Of a DNA stretch of 39,914 bases, positions 33,733 to 39,914 are shown piece after piece. The translations under genes and the position numbers were made by a program. The number at the start of each line of letters is the position of its first letter. Within the stretch, counting starts at the first letter, position 1. The DNA is from Thermoplasmata archaeon. Its GTDB lineage: Archaea > Thermoplasmatota > Thermoplasmata > Lutacidiplasmatales > UBA184. Under the pieces are notes generated by a model, which was not told where the DNA came from, made no database searches, and was given only the letters and a program-made list of their open reading frames with translations. The DNA lies in NCBI GenBank assembly GCA_030039865.1, contig JASHUS010000205.1:1-39914 (forward strand), written 5' to 3'.

Positions 33733-36465
33733 ATGTCGGGCACGGACCTCCGTCCCTCGCAGGCCGGTGCCGAAGAATCGAGCATCCCGGTCTTCGAGCG
33801 GCCCCCGGCGCTCATCCAGTGGCTCGACGCGACCGAGGATTCGATCCGGCTGAGCCTCGCGAAGCTCCGACTGTTCGAGCGGATCTTCCTCCTGCGGCGC
33901 GACTGGATGACCCGCATCACGATGCTGATGCTGATCGCCGGCCTCCTCTGGGGCGCGGTCGGAGGGTTCGACGCCTTCGGGTTCCAGACGCAGGTGGTCG
34001 CGTACGCCACCGGTTCGGTCGTGCACCTGTCGAACGTCGAGATCTACTCGTCGGTCACGCTCCACGGCATCCGCGAGCTGTTCGGCTTCGCCCAGCAGCT
34101 CGAGATGGCCGCGCTCGGATTCCTCGTCGTCAACGCGCTCGGCCTTGTGCCCCGGCACAAGTGGACGCTCTACTCGACCGTCATCCTGCTCAACGGCTCG
34201 ATGCTCCTGATCCAGGGACCGATCTACTTCCTCCCGTTCAACGACAACTACTTCCCGGCGAGCGGATGGTACTTCCTCTCCCCGCTCGGGATCAACGGGC
34301 AGAGCGCGTACGTCGTCAGCCCGCTCTTCTTTCTCGGCTGGCTCGCGCTGTGCGCCGCGCTCTTCCTGTGGACCGCCTGGATGGTGATCCACCTGCGCGA
34401 TTGGTACCGGCAGCACCGCGCCGAGGCGCAGGGGCGGCGGTACCCGGTCTTCCTCTGGTTCGTCGTCGGCACGCTCGTCCTCGTGCCGCTGACGTACGGG
34501 CCGCTCGTCGTCTCGACCGCGTGGGACATCGGTAGCGCGTACGCGGGCTGGCCGATCAGCGCGCTCGCCAACCAGGTTATCTTCTGGATGTTCGGCCACA
34601 GCCTCGTCTACCTCCTCTTCCTCCTGCCGATCGTCGCCCTCTACGTCCTCATCCCGATCCTGGCGCGCCGGCCCCCCTACAGCTACCGCTGGGCGGTCGC
34701 GTCGGCGATCCTCTTCGTGCTCCTCACGCCGCTCCTAGGGCTCCACCACCTCTACCTCGCGCCCCTCCCGGCGTGGTCGACCTGGCTCACGATGGCGCTC
34801 TCGTTCGCCATCGCGCTACCGTCCGCGATCACGTTCTTCTCGGTCTGGATGACCGTGAAGGGCGTGCCCGCGGGGCAGTGGGAATGGAACGCGGTCGCGC
34901 TCTTCGCGCTCCTCGCCTTCGCGGGGGCGATCTTCGGCGGGCTCTCGGGCCCCGCCCTCGCCACGATCCCCTGGGACGTGGACGTGCACAACAGCCTGTT
35001 CGTGCTCGGCCACTTCCACGCCATGACGATCCTCGCGATCGCGGCCGGCGGGTACGCGCTCCTCTACGCGGTCTTCCCGATCCTCACCGGCCGGCAGTGG
35101 TTCTCCGCCTGGCTCGCGCGGCTCCACTTCCTCTTCACGGTCGTCGGCGGCGCGACGATCGTCGTCGCGTTCGAGGAGCTCGGCAGCCTCGGCGTCCTGC
35201 GCCGCGAGTTCATCCTCCCGCATCTCGCCGCGATCACGAGCTACCAGCTGATCCTCCTCGGCGGGATCGTCGTCATGCTGGGCGGCCAACTGTTCTTTGT
35301 CGCGAACGGCGCGCTCACCGTCTTCCGCGGGGAGCTCTACAGCGCCGCCGGGCTGTCGTTCGACGAAGCGATCCGGCGGGCCGCCCAGTCGACGGTGCCG
35401 AAGCGGCGCCGTCGGGTACCGATCGCCGACGTGCCGTTCGTCCGCCGGGTCTCCCGCGCCCGGCGCGAACGGATCGAGGCGGCCTGGGTCGGTACCGTCA
35501 TCGTGCTGCTCGCGGGCGTTCTCGCGGCGGCCACGCCGGGGGCGTTCGCGGTCGGGAACTCGATCAACGGCGACGCGGCCGACCCCGGCGTGAGCGAGTG
35601 GATCGATCTCCACGGCCAGCAGTACTACTGGAGCGCGACGGAGTCGGGCGCGGTCAACGGGACGTACGACAACGCGCTCGTCGTCTTCGCCGGCGCGTCG
35701 GTCGAGGTGAACCTCTCGGCGAGCGGGGCCACGCAGTCGCTCCTGATCCCGTTCCGGGACCAGGCGGTCGTCGACGTCCAGGCGGTCCCGGGCACGCCCT
35801 CGTACGCCTCGTTCACCGCTCCGAGCGTCGCTGGGGTGTACGGCGCCCCCGACGGCGAGTACGACGGGCCCTGGTTCGGCCAGGACGTCTCGGCGCTGAT
35901 CGTGCTGCCGACCGGCGCCGACACCGGTGCTTCCCTCGCCAGCTTCCAGTCGAACGGGGGCGGTGGGGACATCTACAATCCTCCCGTCCTCCCCGCCGCG
36001 ACGGCCGACCTCGTCGGGAATCCCGAAGGGCTGTTCAACGACTCTGTCCCCGGCCCGACGCTGTCGGCGAACGTGGTCGCCGGGGGCGGTCCGGTGTCGC
36101 TAGAGTGGACCGTGCCGCTCGACAGCATCGGCATCAACAACTATCTCGTCAACGTGACATCGAACAGCCCGAACGCGCAGCAGCAGTACGTTCTCCAACA
36201 CAACGGCACTCTTCCCTATCCCACGGGACTCTGGAGGATCGATCCGGCCCGCGGGCTCGCGCCCGTCAACGGCACGCTCGGTCCGCTCGTGATCGGGCGG
36301 AACGTCTCACTGAGCTCGGACCTCGTCCCGGGCGCGTACCTGTACGGGCTCCCGAGCCCGGTCGACTACTCGTACGACCCGGCGGGCGACTCCGGGCCGG
36401 GGGTCGGGATCCAGACGGGCGACGTGATGGGGCTCTGGGGGGTGCTGTGGGTGGGCGGGGCATGA
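33733..36465 (+). CDS. Heme-copper oxygen reductase: subunit I fused to a CuA-less subunit II-like region
   Basis: All six His ligands present (TLHG, FWMFGHSLVY, GLHHLY, GHFH) plus helix-VI Tyr; then TM, GQQYYW, TQSLLIP, AVPG, DGEYDGPWFGQD. Confidence 0.9.
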   Translation: MSGTDLRPSQAGAEESSIPVFERPPALIQWLDATEDSIRLSLAKLRLFERIFLLRRDWMTRITMLMLIAGLLWGAVGGFDAFGFQTQVVAYATGSVVHLSNVEIYSSVTLHGIRELFGFAQQLEMAALGFLVVNALGLVPRHKWTLYSTVILLNGSMLLIQGPIYFLPFNDNYFPASGWYFLSPLGINGQSAYVVSPLFFLGWLALCAALFLWTAWMVIHLRDWYRQHRAEAQGRRYPVFLWFVVGTLVLVPLTYGPLVVSTAWDIGSAYAGWPISALANQVIFWMFGHSLVYLLFLLPIVALYVLIPILARRPPYSYRWAVASAILFVLLTPLLGLHHLYLAPLPAWSTWLTMALSFAIALPSAITFFSVWMTVKGVPAGQWEWNAVALFALLAFAGAIFGGLSGPALATIPWDVDVHNSLFVLGHFHAMTILAIAAGGYALLYAVFPILTGRQWFSAWLARLHFLFTVVGGATIVVAFEELGSLGVLRREFILPHLAAITSYQLILLGGIVVMLGGQLFFVANGALTVFRGELYSAAGLSFDEAIRRAAQSTVPKRRRRVPIADVPFVRRVSRARRERIEAAWVGTVIVLLAGVLAAATPGAFAVGNSINGDAADPGVSEWIDLHGQQYYWSATESGAVNGTYDNALVVFAGASVEVNLSASGATQSLLIPFRDQAVVDVQAVPGTPSYASFTAPSVAGVYGAPDGEYDGPWFGQDVSALIVLPTGADTGASLASFQSNGGGGDIYNPPVLPAATADLVGNPEGLFNDSVPGPTLSANVVAGGGPVSLEWTVPLDSIGINNYLVNVTSNSPNAQQQYVLQHNGTLPYPTGLWRIDPARGLAPVNGTLGPLVIGRNVSLSSDLVPGAYLYGLPSPVDYSYDPAGDSGPGVGIQTGDVMGLWGVLWVGGA

Positions 36466-36680
36466 CGGACGCCGCGCCCGATCGACCGACGGCTGGGGTC
36501 GGCCCCTTCGGGGTGTTCGGGATCGTTGCGGCGATCGCGGCGGCCGGCGCCGTCTTCGAGATGTCGTACTACTCGGCCAACGCCGCTCTCTCCCCGGCCG
36601 CGCTCGGCACCACCGTCGGGATCGTGATCGCGCTCCTCGCGTTCTTTGCCTGGGGGATCCGCGCCCCGCCGAACGAATAG
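36462..36680 (+). CDS. Small 2-TM protein, probable oxidase accessory subunit
   Basis: 72 aa, hydrophobic; ATGA overlap with the oxidase stop. Confidence 0.7.
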   Translation: MTDAAPDRPTAGVGPFGVFGIVAAIAAAGAVFEMSYYSANAALSPAALGTTVGIVIALLAFFAWGIRAPPNE

Positions 36681-36725
36681 GCAGTGGGAAAGACGTCTTG
36701 GACCGGGTCGCCTCGCTCCGGCGGG

Positions 36726-37583
36726 ATGGACCGGGGCGGGTGGGACGGCCTCGCGGCATGGCGCGACGACCGGATGGGCGAGGAGGGCGATCTCTGGCAC
36801 CGGGCGATCATCGACCCCACGCTCCTCGACGTCGTGGGACCCGTGCGGGGCCTCGCGGTGCTCGACCTCGCCTGCGGCAACGGCTACCTCACGCGCCGCT
36901 GGGCCCGTGCGGGGGCGACCCGGGCGGTCGGCATCGAGCGGTCCCGGCCGACGATCGCGAACGCGCGTCGTCGGGAGCGAGACCGCCCCTCGGGCGCGGT
37001 CTTCCTTGAGCGCGACGCGGCGCATCTGCGCGGACTCTCGAGCCACTCGTTCGACCTCGTCGTCGCGAACATGGCCCTGATGGACATCCGCAACGCCGAG
37101 GGCGCGATCCGCGAGGCGAGCCGGGTCCTGCGCCCGGCGGGGCGCTTCGTCTTCTCCCTGAACCATCCCTGCTTCGACGTCGACGAGCGCTCGGGCTGGC
37201 TCGTGGAGCACGCGCGGGACCCGCGGGGCGACCGGCACGAGGTCGTGGCGCGCAAGGTCGCGCGCTACCGCGACGAGCGGGCGGTCCGCGTCCCGTGGGA
37301 CGTCGGGCCCGGCCGGGTCGGGTGGACGACCTCGTTCCACCGGACGATCCCGACCTACGCCCGCTGGCTGCGCGCGGCGGGCCTCGCGATCACCCGCCTC
37401 GAGGAACCGGTACCGACCGACGAAGCCGTCGCGAAGAGCCCGGAAGGTCGGTTCCTGCTCGAGATCCCGCTCCACCTCGTCGTCGAGGCCCGGCCCCTCC
37501 CCGGGCTCCGTCCGGACGGGGCCGTCAGGCGACGGGGGTCGCGAACGTCGGAAGGTACGACGACGCAAACGTCCCCACGATAG
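36726..37583 (+). CDS. Class I SAM-dependent methyltransferase
   Basis: VLDLACGNG, FDLVVANMALMDI, RVLRPAGRFVFSLNHPCF; start could also be GTG 36684. Confidence 0.9.
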   Translation: MDRGGWDGLAAWRDDRMGEEGDLWHRAIIDPTLLDVVGPVRGLAVLDLACGNGYLTRRWARAGATRAVGIERSRPTIANARRRERDRPSGAVFLERDAAHLRGLSSHSFDLVVANMALMDIRNAEGAIREASRVLRPAGRFVFSLNHPCFDVDERSGWLVEHARDPRGDRHEVVARKVARYRDERAVRVPWDVGPGRVGWTTSFHRTIPTYARWLRAAGLAITRLEEPVPTDEAVAKSPEGRFLLEIPLHLVVEARPLPGLRPDGAVRRRGSRTSEGTTTQTSPR

Positions 37584-38592
37584 GTATCCGGTGACCGCAG
37601 GAAGAACAGCGGTTCTCGGCGTCGAGGTTCCAGGAGCGGATCGTGAATCCGTACCGTTCGACCGCGATCGCCCCGCACTTCGGGCAGTATGTGTGCTCGA
37701 GCGGATGGCCCCAGACGTTGCCGAGGTAGACGTAGTCGAGCCCCTCGGCCTTCGCGACCGCGTGCAGGCGCTCGAGCGTCGCGATCGGGGTGTTCGGCAG
37801 GTCCATCATCTTGTAGTCGGGGTGGAAGCGGAGTAGGTGGAAGGGCGTCTCGGGTCCGAGCTCGTCATGCACGAAGCGCGCGAGCGTCCGCGTCGCGTCG
37901 ACCGAGTCCCCCACCTTCGGGACGATGAGGTCGGTGACCTCGAGGTGGACGCCGTGCTTCTTGAGGCCGACCGACGACTCGAAGATCGGCTCGGGACCCT
38001 TCGCCGCGATGTAGCGACGCAGGAACCCCGCCTCGCCACTCCCCTTGAAGTCGACGCTCACCGCGTCGAGGTGCGGGCCGAGCGCCGCGACCGCCTCCGG
38101 CGTGAGGTAGCCGTTCGTGACGAAGTTGGCGAAGAGTCCGGCGGCGTGCGCCTCGCGGATGACGTCGAGCGCGTACTCGGCGAAGATCGACGGCTCGTTG
38201 TACGTGAACGTGACGCCGTCGCAGCCGTACCGCCGGGCGCCGGCGACCGCGGCCTTCGGGGGGAGCGCGCGGCCGACGACCTCGTGCTCCTGGGAGATCT
38301 CGGCGTTCTGGCAGTACTGGCATCGCCAGTTGCAGCCCACCGTCCCGATCGAGTAGACGCGCGAGCCGGGGTGGAAGTGCGAGAGCGGCTTCTTCTCGAC
38401 CGGGTCGACCTGGACGGCCGAGGCCCGGCCGTAGCTCAGCAGGACGAGCCGTCCGTCGACGTTCTTGCGCACGAAGCAGAAGCCGTGCGAACCCGCGGGG
38501 ATCGCGCAGTAGCGGGCGCACGCGGTGCAGCGCACCTTTCCGCCCTCGAGCGGTTCGAAGAGCGTCGCCGTGTGACCGATCGCCGCCGCCAT
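37525..38592 (-). CDS. amrS: AmmeMemoRadiSam system radical SAM enzyme
   Basis: CTACARYC..GFCFVR, VDPVEKKPL, GCNWRCQYCQN, TYNEP, RFHPDY, TYCPKC, CSSCG. Confidence 0.9.
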   Translation of the reverse strand: MAAAIGHTATLFEPLEGGKVRCTACARYCAIPAGSHGFCFVRKNVDGRLVLLSYGRASAVQVDPVEKKPLSHFHPGSRVYSIGTVGCNWRCQYCQNAEISQEHEVVGRALPPKAAVAGARRYGCDGVTFTYNEPSIFAEYALDVIREAHAAGLFANFVTNGYLTPEAVAALGPHLDAVSVDFKGSGEAGFLRRYIAAKGPEPIFESSVGLKKHGVHLEVTDLIVPKVGDSVDATRTLARFVHDELGPETPFHLLRFHPDYKMMDLPNTPIATLERLHAVAKAEGLDYVYLGNVWGHPLEHTYCPKCGAIAVERYGFTIRSWNLDAENRCSSCGHRIPIVGTFASSYLPTFATPVA

Positions 38593-38692
38593 CTCGCCCC
38601 GTAGGTGCTAGGCCCCGGGGCGGGATAATGCTCGCTCCGGCGCGGGGCCTCCAACCGAAGTTTCATCCGCCGGGTTCTCCCGTCCTCGCGCG

Positions 38693-39914
38693 ATGACCGT
38701 AGAGGCGGCGGCGCCCGGCGCGTCGGCCGAAGCGGACCGGGTCGAGGCGGCGGTCGCGGCGCGCATCGACCCCTCGCCCGAGTTCCTCGCGCGGGTCGAG
38801 CGCGTGCGGACGGAGCTGGTGCGGCGTGTCGCCGAGGCGGCGCAGGCCCGGTCCAGCCCGCTCGTCCGGGCGTTGGTCGCCGGTAGCGCGGCGCGCGGGA
38901 CGTTCCTGACCGATCGACTCGACATCGACCTCTTCCTGCTCTTTCCGCCCGATCTTCCGCGCGAGCGTTTGCGCGAGGAAGGTCTCGCGCTCGGGCGAAG
39001 CGTGCTCGCCGAGCCCGAGACGCGGTATGCCGAGCATCCGTACCTGCGGGGCGTGTTCGAGGGGTTCCGGGTCGACGCGGTCCCCGGGTACGCCGTCGCC
39101 GATCCGAGCCGGCCCCTGTCGGCCGTCGATCGGACCCCCTTCCACCAAGCGTACCTCGAATCCCGAGAGCCCCCCGAGGTCGTGCGGCAGGTCCGGCTCG
39201 CGAAGCAGTTCTTCCGGGCGGTCGGGGTCTACGGCTCCGAGGCCCGGACCGAGGGGTTCTCGGGCTATCTCGTCGAACTGTTGGTCGTCCGCTTCGGCTC
39301 GCTGCGCGCGCTGCTCACCGAAGCGCGGCGCTGGAGAATACCGGCCCGGGTCGGCGAACCGAGCCGCGATCCGCCCCGCCTACCGGAGCACGTGGCGCTG
39401 ATCCTCGCCGATCCGGTCGACCCGAACCGCAACGTCGCGAGCGCTCTGTCGCGGCGCAACCTCGGGCTCTTCATCCTGGCCGCGGGGGCGTACCTCGACG
39501 CCCCCTCCGAACGGTGGTTCCGGCCGACAAGCCCGGCCGGATGGACGCGGGAGCAGGCGCTCGCCCGGTTGCACGAGCGAGCGACGCACGTCACGGTCGT
39601 CTCGCTGCCGCGGCCGGACCTGGTCGACGACACGCTCTTCCCGCAACTCCGCAAGGCCGCGCGCGCGATATCGGACGAGCTTGCGAGGGCCGAGTTCCCG
39701 CCGCTCGGCTGGTCGATCGCGGCCGGGACGGACGAGGTGCATTTCCTCTTCGAGCTGCCGCACGCGCGTCGATCGGCCGTTCGGGTGCAGGACGGCCCGC
39801 CGCCCGGGATCGACCGGGTCGGCCAGTTCCTCGGGAAGTGGACGGACCGGGACGCGCCCGTTCTGCAGGGTCCGTACGTGCGCGAGGACGGCAGCCTCGC
39901 GGTCGAGTCCCGGC
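38693..39914 (+). CDS. cca: Archaeal class I CCA-adding enzyme, partial (runs off the window; absent from the ORF track)
   Basis: GSAARGTFL..DIDLF, RYAEHPY, SAVDRTPFH, GVYGSE..GFSGYLVELL, DPVDPNRNVASA. Confidence 0.95.
   Translation, partial: MTVEAAAPGASAEADRVEAAVAARIDPSPEFLARVERVRTELVRRVAEAAQARSSPLVRALVAGSAARGTFLTDRLDIDLFLLFPPDLPRERLREEGLALGRSVLAEPETRYAEHPYLRGVFEGFRVDAVPGYAVADPSRPLSAVDRTPFHQAYLESREPPEVVRQVRLAKQFFRAVGVYGSEARTEGFSGYLVELLVVRFGSLRALLTEARRWRIPARVGEPSRDPPRLPEHVALILADPVDPNRNVASALSRRNLGLFILAAGAYLDAPSERWFRPTSPAGWTREQALARLHERATHVTVVSLPRPDLVDDTLFPQLRKAARAISDELARAEFPPLGWSIAAGTDEVHFLFELPHARRSAVRVQDGPPPGIDRVGQFLGKWTDRDAPVLQGPYVREDGSLAVESR

Noticed and set aside
33733..35400. Nitric oxide reductase or cbb3 (C-family) assignment for the oxidase
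   Set aside because: Helix VI has the HxxVY cross-link Tyr rather than the NOR Glu, and there are no cytochrome c (CxxCH) subunits
71..39763. Many long Arg/Gly/Pro-rich ORFs (e.g. 71-1333, 3501-5375, 6793-8805, 8857-10764, 18293-20785, 26140-27891)
   Set aside because: Shadow ORFs on alternate frames or strands of real genes, caused by high GC; no motifs

Overview
A ~70% GC archaeal chromosomal segment. The archaeal call rests on a class I CCA-adding enzyme, Rpp21, Tsr3, archaeal GluRS, AbrB-PhoU, TATA-like boxes ~25-30 nt upstream of many starts, and tRNAs lacking encoded CCA. Gene content and GC suggest a soil-type Thermoplasmata lineage (inference only). There are about 45 protein genes covering translation/RNA processing, redox and stress, transport, MoaA, a class I aldolase and an ACE-like M2 peptidase, plus four tRNA genes. 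Three things stand out. (1) A tandem tRNA-Gln(CUG)/tRNA-Leu(UAG) locus carries three non-canonical bulge-helix-bulge (BHB) introns at positions 59/60, 21/22 and 59/60, and the two T-loop introns share a core. (2) A 910-aa heme-copper oxidase has subunit I fused to a CuA-less subunit II and a second metal-ligand-free extracellular domain, followed by a small membrane subunit. (3) Two tiny integrase-less islets (741 bp and ~1.15 kb) are bounded by direct repeats of tRNA 3' ends, each carrying a toxin-antitoxin-like pair. Also present are a frameshifted tsr3, operator-like palindromes and translationally coupled small ORFs. No CRISPR array, rRNA, transposase or integrase was seen. Family assignments come from motif recognition, not database searches.
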